A DNA stretch of 64,000 nucleotides from Mayamaea pseudoterrestris (Eukaryota), in assembly GCA_027923505.1 (NCBI GenBank), contig BROI01000007.1:1054001-1118000 (forward strand). Direction: 5' to 3'. The notes beneath the pieces are model-generated. The model had not been told where the DNA came from. It did not search any database and saw only the letters and a program-made list of their open reading frames with translations. Both the position numbers and the translations under genes were made by a program. Below are positions 1 to 10,498 of the stretch, piece by piece (positions within the stretch are counted from its first letter, which is position 1; each line of letters opens with the position of its first letter).

Positions 1-3000
1 GATGCCTCCTGAGTCAACTCGAATCCCATGGCTTGCAACTTGGAGATGAACTGGGTAACCACATCAACTGACTTAGCGACAATGCAACCATCATCAACAA
101 AGCAACCAAAGAGGATGTTAACACCATAGAAGAGGCATTGGTCGAACTTGCTCTGCTTCAATCCCATACGAAGGAGAGCGTCTCGCAAATGCTCGAACCA
201 GAGGCGCGGGGCGACGGCAAGACCGTAGAGACTCTTCTTTAACTTTAAACACATGTTGGCGCCTTTGGAAGAGCGGAAGCCTCGAGGAAGATGAATCCAA
301 ACGGGATCTTGGAGCTCTGCTTGGACGAAGGCGCTGGCAAAGTCAACTGAGCAGGTGTGCCAATCAAGAGTCAAGGCAATGACGAGCAGCACTCGAATGG
401 TGCTCCAAGCAATAACAGGGGCAAACGTTTCAAACACGCCTTCTTGGAGATCACCACGGACGCAGTAGCGCCCTTTATACTTTTTAATGCTGCCATCAGG
501 CGTCCGCTTGCGGCGGAAGACCCAGGTTCCTGGCAAGATCCTTCCTTTCGCTTGAGACTTGGGCACCTCCTCCCATGTTCCCTTGGACTCCAAAACACGG
601 ATTTCTTCTGCTGCTGCCTCTAACCACTTGCTAACATGAGGTTGATCCGCCATTGCTTGCTCGTAGGAGAGGGTGTCGGGATCCGTTGCGGCAGCCTTGT
701 AAACAGCAGGCGCCGGGATACGGAGAGAAGCAAACAAACCAGCAAAATGCGCGGCATCGGCAAAGGATGGAGGCTTTAAAGGAGAAGCAGAGGCATTGAC
801 AGCGCTGTAGCCAAAGCCTTGGTCTCCTTCATAGCCATAGCGGGCAGAAGACCAGCCAACTTGGCGCGTCGAACGACGAGGCGCTGGGGCGTCCTGGGGT
901 TGGAGACCAGCTAGGCGTCCTGAGCGACGGAGAGCAGAAGGCAAAGGGGAAGAAGATGGAGCAGAAGCAGTGGTTTGTGTCTCCCTCGGAAATTCTGTTT
1001 GGGTAGGCAAGGGTGTAGGCTCCCTCGAGGATGGCTCGTCGGATGGCTCAAACGTAGGCAGCTCCCTCGTTTGAGACGGCTCGTCGATGGGATCGGCGCT
1101 GGGAGACGGGAAAGGAATCTCAGTTAAAGCAGGATTGGAGGCGTCTGGGTGCTCAAGAGGAGATGGAGAAGGAGCTTGAGCAGGCGCTTCAGTGGGTGGA
1201 GCGCTGGGACTGGCGTTGGCAACTGGATTATCGCTTGGTTTATCGGTGGGGCGTCTTGGAGAAGATGGCGGCACATCAACGGGAAGAGCTTGAGAAGGAT
1301 GATTAGCATCAAATGCAGCCCGAATGCGTTCTTGGCGACTAAAGGAGCTTGGAATAGGAGTAGAAGCAGCCTCCTCTTCTGCCTCGGCCTCACTGTCTGT
1401 CTCGTCACCGACAGGAATGTACTGGTAGGCAGAGTCACCAAAGAGCTGAAACCATTCCTTGGACCAAAGATCAGGGAGAGACGAAGGATCAGAAGAAACA
1501 GTGGCAAAGTAGTCATCAAAAACAACATGGTACTGCGGCGTTATACTTCCCGTTTGAGGATTGAGTACCAAAGGGACGGAGCTGGCATGCGAGTCGCTCA
1601 TACCAACAAAGATACACCGATGAGCTCGAGGTTGCCAACGAGGAAGCTTGTGTCCATCAGAAAGCTTCTTATCAAGCACATATACGGGGCATCCCCAAAC
1701 GTGCAGGTCGTGGAAGCGACTGTGGGGCCATCGAGTCCTTGTAAACAGATCCTGTGGACTGATCCCCGTGCTTGGATTCGGCATTTTGTTCCACAAGTAA
1801 ACGGCATGGCGGACTGCCATAGGCCAAAGACTAGGATCTGCAACCTCTGGCCAATGGATAGCGGCATGTAGGAGCATTGCTCGGGCAATGGACATGATCG
1901 TTCGAATGGCTCGCTCCGCTACCCCGTTCTGGCAATGGGAGCCCGTGCCGGCAAACTTGACGATTTGATGGAACGTGGTTAAATGCTTTGCGAATGCCTT
2001 TGAGGTAAAAGCAGTGCCATTGTCAGTCAAGTACTCTTGGGGAACGGCTCCACTTTCAAGACAGAACAACTCGAATGCCTCTTTTGCCTTGAGTGTCTCT
2101 TCGGTTGTTAAGTACCTCTGCAGTTCCACATGCACGTAGCCAGTGCAATGGTCAACAAAGATGCATCCGCCTCCAAACAGATCAGTCTCCTTTGATTTGC
2201 CTCGAGAGGAGAAGAGGCGTCCTTTGGTGGAGCAGATGAAATGGTCCACACTGATCCGCTGGCCGGGGAACAGATTGTCGCGCCTCAATGCATCCGCCTT
2301 GTCCTTAACCACGCTCTCCTTTAAACCTGGAGAAGAGCGAACCTTCTGCTTTGCATACTGACAAGCAGCACACATTGGAAAGGAGCGAAGGCGTACACAA
2401 GAGCTGTGAAGGCGGCGAGCTCCCTCGGTTGGCGCCAAGGCTCCGCTGCGCATTAGAAACTGGATCTTGCGGTAGTCAATGTGACCAAACTTGTAATGCC
2501 AACGGAGGATCTCCTTATCAGCCTCTGATAGATTCATATTAGTTGGAGCGACGGCTGGTGGACTTGGAGAAGGAGAAGGAGCACTTGGCGAACCACTGGG
2601 GCGATTGGAGGGACTGCTTGGAGAGCGACCCGACGAAGGACCAGATGAGTTGCCGTTTGACAAAGGAGAATCGGGACCACCTGGAGAGGATCCTGGACCT
2701 GAGCCAGGCGGAGGAGGCGGAGGACCTTGAGCATTATAGGCATTTGAGTCCATGCGGGTCTCGTAGGCATACCCAGTAGGCAAGTTTGTTTGGGGATCAA
2801 TGGGAATGCGAATGCTATTCAACGGAGGCGATCCATCAGGGCGTCTTGGTCCTTGAGTTCCACTTAAATAGAGAGCCTCACTGTCTTGGTGAACATACTC
2901 ATCCTTGTAGACCGACACCAAGCTGTTAGTGCTGAGCAGGCGGACTCGAGCGCTGGGGACGTAATAGGCGGGCACTTTGAGCGTTCGAAGCTGTCCTTTA

Positions 3001-4058
3001 GAATCCTCAAAGCTCCAAGCGACATGCCCGTATCCTTTGATAAAGGAGCCAGCAAAGAGACCGTTAAGCTCAATGCTCTCAGGGGCCTCGTGAATGGGGC
3101 CGACAAAGTCATCCTTGGAAAAGGACAAGGAGATGGAGGCGCCACTGTCCCAGATCACCTTCCTGTAGCGTTCCTTCTTGCCCCGGCGACGGCGAACATT
3201 TCCTGTAGCTTTGTGAAGGTTGCTAGTAGCTTCATGGTAAGCCTGAGCTCCCTCGCGAACCCAGTCAGGAAGGGCTTCTTGCTCTCCAGGGGAGAGGCTC
3301 GAGATGTAGGCATGCCCGTAGGTTTGCAGCAAGGCGAGCTGGCGAGCGGTGGGACCAACAGGACGGTGAGTGTAGGCGCCAGTGGATATCCCCTGAATGC
3401 GATCCGAAGGAAGGGTTTCCCGAATGTTGCTCCTAGTAGGCCTTGGTCTTGAAGAAGGACGAGGGCGACGAGTAGTTGAATGGACTCGGTGTCGCTGAGG
3501 TGTTGACTGCGACACGGGTTCAGGGGCTCGACGCTTGGTTTTGAACTGGGGCGAGCGATGGGCTCCACACTGGGGTTTGAACTGGGACGTCTTGGAGACC
3601 TGTCCTTTGATCTTGGCCTTGGCTGGCGGAGCAACACGGGCTCTACCTCCCTCGTCGGGAGACCTTGACAAGCGATTGCAGAAGCCTTCAACCTGGTGAG
3701 CAAAGTTGCGGGCGACCTTGGCGTCTCGAACTTGGCGAACGGAGGGTAGGTGAAGGTGGGCATCTTGGCGACGGAGACGAACGGGAAAGGAGCGATGGTA
3801 GCCAAGATCTGCAGCACTTGGAGCTGTAGAAGCAGGACGGAAGCAACGGCGAAGGCCTCGACGGAGACGGCGGGTAGCCTTGCGGCTCAACTTGGGTGGT
3901 CGACGCCCATGAGAAAACAAGGGACTGACGCGGATGATCAACAAACTCGACCTTGGGAGGAGGCGGAGGAGGGCAATCATAGCGAGGGCGAGGACGATCG
4001 CCAACGCAAGCCACATGAGCATGAGGAGATGGAGGAAACCAAGAATCCATATCCTGAA
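1..4058 (-). CDS. pol: Pol polyprotein (aspartic protease, integrase, reverse transcriptase), partial
   Basis: The frame opens after the TGA at 4059-4061 and appears to run to the window edge, which explains its absence from the ORF track. Motifs translated by hand: KVIWDSGAS (~3135-3160); WHYKFGH...CAAC integrase zinc finger; ISVDHF, YLTDNGTAF and QNGVAERAIRT (DDE core); RT motifs WVFRRKR, KGRYCVRGD, LKKSLYGL and CFVDDG (87-104). Confidence 0.93.
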
Positions 4059-5916
4059 TCAAGCTGAGGTTGGCTTGGCTGGCAGGCACATCAGAGCGGC
4101 GAGTGCGGTCATCGTTGTGGCTAGCCGTTCCATGGCTAGTCGTCCACTTGTTGCAATGCGCACACCACGAGTAACTCTTGCCCTTGTACATGCGGCGCTC
4201 AGGTTGTCCAGCTGCAGGAGGAGCAAAGTTCCAAGAGCGCTCATCCCTAGGTGAGTTGCTGTTGCTCTTGTTGTTGCCTTTGTTGCCGCTCCTGTTGCCG
4301 CCTCGGCCAGCGCCATTGGTGCGGCGCCCAGCGTTATTACCAGTGTTGCGCCCATTGCCTCGGCCCGTGCCTTGCTTGCGACCACGTTGATTGCCATGTT
4401 GCCCCGAGTCTCCATCCTTCCTTGGAGAGGGACAATTGCGAGAATAATGACCAGCTTCTCCACAGTTAAAACACTTTTTATCAGAAGCAACTGCAGTCGA
4501 GGCGTCTCCATTCAGCTCAACCACATTGGCTCCATAGCCTCGAGGTGGCGCTCGCGAGTCCCTGGGTTGGCGCGCAGGCTGCCATTTGTTGCTGTAATAA
4601 AGCTCCATGTAAATGCCGTCAGCCTTCATGCAAACGTCTTGCAACGTGAGCTCCTTCTTGGCAAAGTAGGCAGCTTGCTTGGCAGTCGATAGATGAGCGG
4701 TTGCATCGAGCGCCGCCTCCAACTTGTTTTCAAGCTTGCCAAGGCGACTTGCAAAACGCTCTCTGCCAGGGTTGTCAACTGATACCTCGCCTCCAGCTAG
4801 AAGCAGATTGCGGACGTGCTTTAGTGTGGTATCAGGATGATAGGCGTCGGCATTCTCCAAGTCGAGCGCCAGCTCCAGTGCCTCCTTATTCAACTTGACG
4901 ATATCCTGCCCCGCGTACTTGCTCGGGTGCAACGCCTCGATTTCCTTCTTCCTTGCCTCGCAAAACGCTCGATCATGCTTGCGATGCATGTGAGCAAGGC
5001 GAACGAGAGTAACAACAGCAGGCTCTTTCTTGTGCTTTGAGGTCTGCAAGGCGAGGCGGCGTTTCAAATCATCCGAAATGGAATTGCGAATACACATGGC
5101 AAGATCAGCATCGTTTCCCTTGTCAAACATGTCGTAGAGCTTGCGCTGAGGCTCAATGGCTTTGTTAATGCTCTTCAACGTGTGAAACTGACTGGCGAAG
5201 AGTGCGACATTGATCATTTTTGTGGGATCGGTAGGCTTTGGAGCATAGAGAAGCGTGTCCATGCCAACTGACTCAGCCTTGATGGTAAGCTCGGTACCCC
5301 ACGTGGTAAAGTTAACGTTTGGACTAAGCTTTGGTGTGATTCCTTGTTGTCTATAGGCAAGGGCGGCGATAGACTTTTCATTTTGAGAGCGAATGAGATG
5401 GCCATTGATGTTGCTATTATCCGGCGGCACATCAATGCCAGACCAATCAGCTTTTGGCTTGCCTCCAACTTGTGGAGCGTAAGTGCTAGCTCCAGTACGG
5501 ACAATGGTGCCCATTATAGGCTTTTGAGGCTTGTAGATCGGCTTGGACTTGGACTTTGACTTGGACTTGAGCTTGGCACTTGAGACAGGAGGCTCAACGA
5601 CGGGCGGAGCTTCCTCGGGATCAGAGTCAGAGTCGTCGCTTGGAATAGAGGCATCAGAGACAAAGCTTTTGGAGCTGTCGTTGTTGTTGGTGTTGCTTGA
5701 TGAGGAAACGGAGGTATCGTCCTCCTCGGACGGTGGATTTGTGCCAGGAGACGACGGTGGATCTGTCGTCCTTCCTTCTTCACTTGGCGACGGAGCATCG
5801 CCAACAGGATCTTGGTTGGCGACTGGAGCTGGATTAGCGACTGGCTCTTGTTCGCTAACAGGAGGATTGGCGACTGGCTCTTGTTCGCCAACTGGCTTGG
5901 GATCCTTGACGGCCAT
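3688..5916 (-). CDS. gag: Gag-like protein of the copia element
   Basis: ORF 3688-5991 with first ATG at 5916. Contains zinc knuckle CFNCGEAGHYSRNC, a G/N/R-rich tract, and a second C/H motif WCAHCNKWTTSH. Confidence 0.88.
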   Translation of the reverse strand: MAVKDPKPVGEQEPVANPPVSEQEPVANPAPVANQDPVGDAPSPSEEGRTTDPPSSPGTNPPSEEDDTSVSSSSNTNNNDSSKSFVSDASIPSDDSDSDPEEAPPVVEPPVSSAKLKSKSKSKSKPIYKPQKPIMGTIVRTGASTYAPQVGGKPKADWSGIDVPPDNSNINGHLIRSQNEKSIAALAYRQQGITPKLSPNVNFTTWGTELTIKAESVGMDTLLYAPKPTDPTKMINVALFASQFHTLKSINKAIEPQRKLYDMFDKGNDADLAMCIRNSISDDLKRRLALQTSKHKKEPAVVTLVRLAHMHRKHDRAFCEARKKEIEALHPSKYAGQDIVKLNKEALELALDLENADAYHPDTTLKHVRNLLLAGGEVSVDNPGRERFASRLGKLENKLEAALDATAHLSTAKQAAYFAKKELTLQDVCMKADGIYMELYYSNKWQPARQPRDSRAPPRGYGANVVELNGDASTAVASDKKCFNCGEAGHYSRNCPSPRKDGDSGQHGNQRGRKQGTGRGNGRNTGNNAGRRTNGAGRGGNRSGNKGNNKSNSNSPRDERSWNFAPPAAGQPERRMYKGKSYSWCAHCNKWTTSHGTASHNDDRTRRSDVPASQANLSLIQDMDSWFPPSPHAHVACVGDRPRPRYDCPPPPPPKVEFVDHPRQSLVFSWASTTQVEPQGYPPSPSRPSPLLPSCFYSSKCCRSWLPSLLSRSSPSPRCPPSPTLRSPSSRRQGRPQLCSPG

Positions 5917-6435
5917 GGCTGCAACTGAGTCGGTTTCGTTTGCGACTGCTTCGAAGTTGAGCCCAGTAATATCTTCATTCGCCTGCAGCACTAGTCACGG
6001 CTGGAAGATTGCACCTCGCTGGATCCATCTTGGACGGCGGCAGCGGCGACGCGTGGTGGGCACCAAGTGGCCTGTTTTGATGGCCGGTGAAGCAATCGTT
6101 GCTGTCTGATTATCGTTCTCTCGGCATTTTGCCTTTAGTTGCTTGACACTTGCGGCGCAACGAGCGCAGGGCGGCATCCGAATGGACGGGGACGAGCGCC
6201 TGGTTTGAATTTTTGGAGGCAACGCTCGCTGCTGCCATTAATGGAGGAATGACTCGGGCGTGGGAAAGCTCCTTCGGGACTGGCGCACGTGCGCCATCTA
6301 TAGGACTCGAGTAAAGGGTGGTTCTTGGGCCTTCAATTGCGCACTTGCGTGGTCGCACTGGCTGGTAGCGGCATCATCATGATCGGTCAAACAAAGAAGA
6401 ATTGCAAAGGAGCGTGAGCGTAACCAGGCTTTATA

Positions 6436-6452
6436 GTTGGGCTCAGAAACCA
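6436..6452 (-). other. Putative primer-binding site TGGTTTCTGAGCCCAAC
   Basis: Lies directly 3' of the LTR and matches the common tRNA-iMet PBS TGGTATCAGAGC at 10/12 positions. The relic copy reads TGGCGTCTGAGCCCAAC at the same place. Confidence 0.55.
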
Positions 6453-6817
6453 GTTAAACGTTCCTTTTGCTGCTCTCGTCTTACTGCTTTATATGGATAC
6501 AATAGTCTCTAAAGTACAAAGACTGTAGTTGGGTGAAAGTCGCTTTACTAGTAGGTGTGAATTAGATGTGATGTGGGTCGGTGAAAGAACACTGAGACTG
6601 AGCAAACGATTGCAATCCAAAGGAGCGAAGAAAGCCACGTATGCTCCAGCTCAGATTCACCTCAAGGTACATTCAACTTGCATCCAAAGAAAGGCCTGAT
6701 ACGGTGCAAGTTCAAGTACATGAATGAGGAGGATTCCCATGGCGATGGCTTGATTATGTGGAACGAGATGAGTGGCTGAAAGGTGTCGCACTGAGAACCG
6801 CAACGACCTTTAACTCA
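6452..6817 (-). repeat. 5' LTR (~365 bp) of the copia element
   Basis: Non-coding block upstream of gag. Its reverse complement aligns along its full length with 46035-46397. It is bounded by the inverted repeat AGTTAAA...TTTAACT and followed by a PBS-like site. Confidence 0.75.
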
Positions 6818-7162
6818 TTGCAACGCTGTCAACCAACCATGACCACGGCGTTTCATTTCAAAATGAGTGAATATCCGAGTCACCATGGAGGTATGCACAT
6901 GATATTGCCTCCTGGAACGGTCATTGGCGATGGATTAAGATGGTTCCGCACCTTTAGCTGACTCGTTGATGGATTATGACACGACTACTCGCTCGCAACG
7001 CAGTCCGTGTCAATCATTGGCAAGCGTGAAGAACAACACGCTTCACAAACTCACTTTCACAAACTCACTAGTATCGCACTGAAGATCACTGCGACCGTCT
7101 ACACGCTACGACAAGTCCAGACAAGGCATTGACAAGACACTCTCCATCGAACATCGAAGACC

Positions 7163-8164
7163 ATGACTATCCGCTATGACAATCACGATCACAACGCCAC
7201 CAACGTTCCATCTTTTGGCAATCCCACATTTCAAGTGAAGCGCTTCATGGCATGCATGTCATTCATTCGGCAGGAGCTTGCTCAAGCTGGCATGGAACCA
7301 TCGCAGGAGCAAGTGATGCAGCTGGCCATGGCAATGATGATGATGCATCGTCAAGTGACACTCAAGGAGCTACTGCGTCAATATAACAAGCAGGCGCATG
7401 CAAACACGACTGCCAATAGCTGGCTGGCGCAAGTGCGCTACGCGCGAAACAAGGCGTTAGTGGCGCTGGAAACTGGCATGATGCATGCGCTGGCGATGCG
7501 TCTGGTGGCTGGATTGTTCATGATGATTCATCATGGTGTTGCCGGAGCAATGTTGAAAGTGTTACAAAGCGTCATGGCGGAACAGTGCAGTAACGATGCG
7601 TGGCTGGCGAGTCTCTTGCGTGAATTGACAGCGCCCACTGCAGCAGCGTCGACCGAGGAAGCGACCTGGCTGCACACTTTTTGGAACGCATCGGCTCACC
7701 TTGTTCATCAGGTGCGCACTATTCTTGCCGGCAGCCAGGCGAACGAACGTTACTGGACGGAACTTAGCAACGGCGCAGTGGCAGTGACCCGCGTCATTCC
7801 CAATGCGCCGTGCTATTTCGCCCACTTCGCATGGTACTTGGTGATGCTCCTATTCACCTGGAAAGCGTTGGCGTGGACAAGCAACGCGCCCAAGGCGCGC
7901 ATGCTCCTCCTCAGTTACTACGTTGTTACGTTTGCCGGCTTGTCCGCGACCACACTTGGTGCTTGGATGTTGGGCGAGATTGCCATGGCACTGCGGGTGG
8001 CGTGTTTGTACCGCACGTTTGTGGCGCGGCACCGCGAGAACGCACCGACGGCGCAGGAGCTGAGCCGCGTCAAGATTGACATGGAGGAAGCCATGAACGG
8101 CGGACTGGCCTTGTCCCTTCTCGTCGTTGGCTACGCCATTTACCAGGATTACACGATGGATTAG
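7163..8164 (+). CDS. Hypothetical multi-pass membrane protein (333 aa)
   Basis: Single ATG-initiated ORF with several hydrophobic segments in the C-terminal half. No family recognised. Confidence 0.6.
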   Translation: MTIRYDNHDHNATNVPSFGNPTFQVKRFMACMSFIRQELAQAGMEPSQEQVMQLAMAMMMMHRQVTLKELLRQYNKQAHANTTANSWLAQVRYARNKALVALETGMMHALAMRLVAGLFMMIHHGVAGAMLKVLQSVMAEQCSNDAWLASLLRELTAPTAAASTEEATWLHTFWNASAHLVHQVRTILAGSQANERYWTELSNGAVAVTRVIPNAPCYFAHFAWYLVMLLFTWKALAWTSNAPKARMLLLSYYVVTFAGLSATTLGAWMLGEIAMALRVACLYRTFVARHRENAPTAQELSRVKIDMEEAMNGGLALSLLVVGYAIYQDYTMD

Positions 8165-8548
8165 AAATGGGATTGAATGTGGGATGTATTGTTTCAAAAA
8201 CGAGGGACTCGGATTTCTGAGCAGATCTGTATGAGTCTAGAATAAAAGGTACTAGAATATTTGTTGTACATTGACACGCAATGCTTACTTGTAACGTATT
8301 CGTAGCGACTTTGAGTCCATCGATCAGTCTTACTTGTAGGCACTTGCTCTATCAGTTACGCGTAAGCAAAGTGCATCGGAAAATGTATTTCGAGACAAGT
8401 TACGTAGTCATCTAGCGACGAGCAAGGAGGGAAATTCTTGTAGCTTTATCAATCGATCCTTCTCAGGCCCCGTAGCTCATCCTTACATTCTAACAATCAA
8501 CGGAGCGCAAATAATTTTTGTATGTATCATTTTGCATCCTACCCCCGC

Positions 8549-9205
8549 CTACTTGTGCGATACACCACCCATGAAGGACCTTGGATCGGGCACCGCTCCA
8601 TTGAACTCGGCGTCGTCAAAGTTCATGCCAGGATATTGCTCGCCCCATCGCTCCAGCATGATTTCCTTTTGCACCTCCTGAAACTGCAACACATCCAGTT
8701 TCGCCCCCGTGTGCAAGACTATTGGTTCCGGTTGCTGCTGCGGATTTTCGTCACTGCCATTGGGCTGCTGCTCCAACAGAAATGGCCGTCCCTGCAAGAG
8801 TCCTTCCCATACAACTGCCTTGTTGGCTTTTTGCAAGTAAATGACAATCATGTTATCCTCCAATGTCCACGTCGACTCGTCAACGTTAATCTTGTGACAA
8901 AAGTCTTCGTCGATAAAGGTGGTGCTGGCGTGTTTTAAACGAATGGTCAAGTGGTGCGGCTGCATGGTCAATTTGACTGGCGCCGGAGGAGCACGTATAT
9001 ACATGGTGCATTCATCCATGGTTTGCGTCCATTCGTAGACTGGCTGACCGTTGAACTCGTAGACGAATCGCTTGTTTGGTAAGCGGCGAAAGCAAGCGGA
9101 AGCGGCGGATACTGGTGCATCGAGTTGATGCTGCTGTGAATTCTGCGGCGCTGATAAAGGTTGCTGCTGCGAATCGTGCTGCTGGTGCGAATCTTCATTG
9201 GACAT
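8549..9205 (-). CDS. NudC-family CS (p23-like) domain co-chaperone
   Basis: Motifs YEWTQTMDE, INVDESTWTLED and C-terminal MLERWGEQYPGMNFDDAEFNG (NudC-like tail). Likely start MSNED at 9205. Confidence 0.85.
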   Translation of the reverse strand: MSNEDSHQQHDSQQQPLSAPQNSQQHQLDAPVSAASACFRRLPNKRFVYEFNGQPVYEWTQTMDECTMYIRAPPAPVKLTMQPHHLTIRLKHASTTFIDEDFCHKINVDESTWTLEDNMIVIYLQKANKAVVWEGLLQGRPFLLEQQPNGSDENPQQQPEPIVLHTGAKLDVLQFQEVQKEIMLERWGEQYPGMNFDDAEFNGAVPDPRSFMGGVSHK

Positions 9206-9510
9206 CGCGACACTTTTTAACTTATTCCAAGAATGTAGATTGTCTAGCAGATCCAGTACTGGTATGCTATTGCTTCTGTTGGTAAGTGATTGTCGCGCAC
9301 CTCTCGCCATGGCGCCTTCCGTCATCATCGCGAACGAAGATGAATGTCGCACCGCAACAGAAAAGACCCAAGATCCAAACCGCGCGCCCATCCACGATCA
9401 CAAAACCGAAAGACTCGTCGTTTCGTTGCTGTCAGTTCCAGCATCCTTTTCCCATTTCTCTCTAAACTAGCAAGACTCTATTGATACAATTAGCAATAGC
9501 ATTAGTCACT

Positions 9511-10375
9511 ATGGACAAGAATACCTTTGTCAAGAAACTTTTTCTATCGCTTCCGCCCATGGACCAGCACGATTTGGAAGTGTCACTGGATCGATTGGAG
9601 ACGCTGCATCCCCACGTCAACAAGGATGTGTTACTGGCGGCGCATGATGTTCGAGCCTGCGTCAATACCTCAAACGACAACGATGCAGCCAAGAGCTCAC
9701 AGCTGATGAGTCTGTTGCGTCGGCTGCAGGAAAAGCGCGACAAGTTTTATGCGTCGAAACAAAACGTGGAGCATCGCTTGATTGGCAGCGAAACCAGTAA
9801 GGACGGCACCAAGTCCATGCACCTGCAAACCTATCTATGCCAATTGGACGCTCCAAACGCCCGCAGCGGATCCTGGGTGGCGTCTTGGCAAATCTTGGTG
9901 GTTTCGGAGCGCGAGTGCCAACTCTCTGGCAGTGTCGAGATTCACTCGCGCTACGCGGAACAAACCAACGTGCACATGCAGGCGACGCGAACGTTTCCGG
10001 AGCAGTCATTGAATACAGAGCAACAAACAGTGAACTCCAAGGTGGCCGATGAACAAATTAGCCACGAGAAGCAGCTTGCTGTCACGATTGTGGACGCCAT
10101 TTGGGACATGGAGGAGGAACTCTTTGCCGACTTGCAGCGCATGTTTGACAAAGTGGATGACTCGCTGAAGCGTATTCGTCGAGTAAGTGGAAACTCTTGA
10201 ATTGAATAGGTTAGCCCGCGATTTGTCGTTGTTTGTAACGCAACGTCTCACAAGCGCCATCATACCCGTTTCCTTGGTGCAGATTTTGCCCATCACAAAG
10301 ACCAAGTTCAAGTGGGACTCTGCTACATCCAAGCATGTCAAGCTACTGAATGAGTCTGGATCTTTGCACAAGTGA
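9511..10375 (+). CDS. F-actin capping protein alpha subunit-like
   Basis: Motifs SGSWVASWQI, GSVEIHSRYAEQTNVHM and KRIRR|ILPITKTKFKWD. One intron, 10183-10282 (GTAAGT...TGCAG). Confidence 0.8.
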
Positions 10376-10498
10376 AAAAGGACGTATGCCGTTTCGCGCG
10401 TCATTCTCGAGTGGAGGAATGCATCGTCATGCGAAACATACTCGCGATTATATAAAGTATAACGTGAATAACGCAGATCAACGAAACATATATTATCA

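Larger units (their letters stand above)
1..6817 (-). mobile_element. Ty1/copia LTR retrotransposon (diatom CoDi-like); 3' part lies outside the window
   Basis: Domain order on the minus strand is LTR, PBS-like site, gag (CCHC knuckle), protease (IWDSGAS), integrase, RT. Integrase before RT is the copia order. Confidence 0.96.

Noticed and set aside
1149..3817. ORFs 1149-1871(+), 2886-3452(+) and 3155-3817(-) as extra retroelement genes such as env
   Set aside because: They are antisense or alternate-frame shadows of the pol frame with no recognisable motifs.
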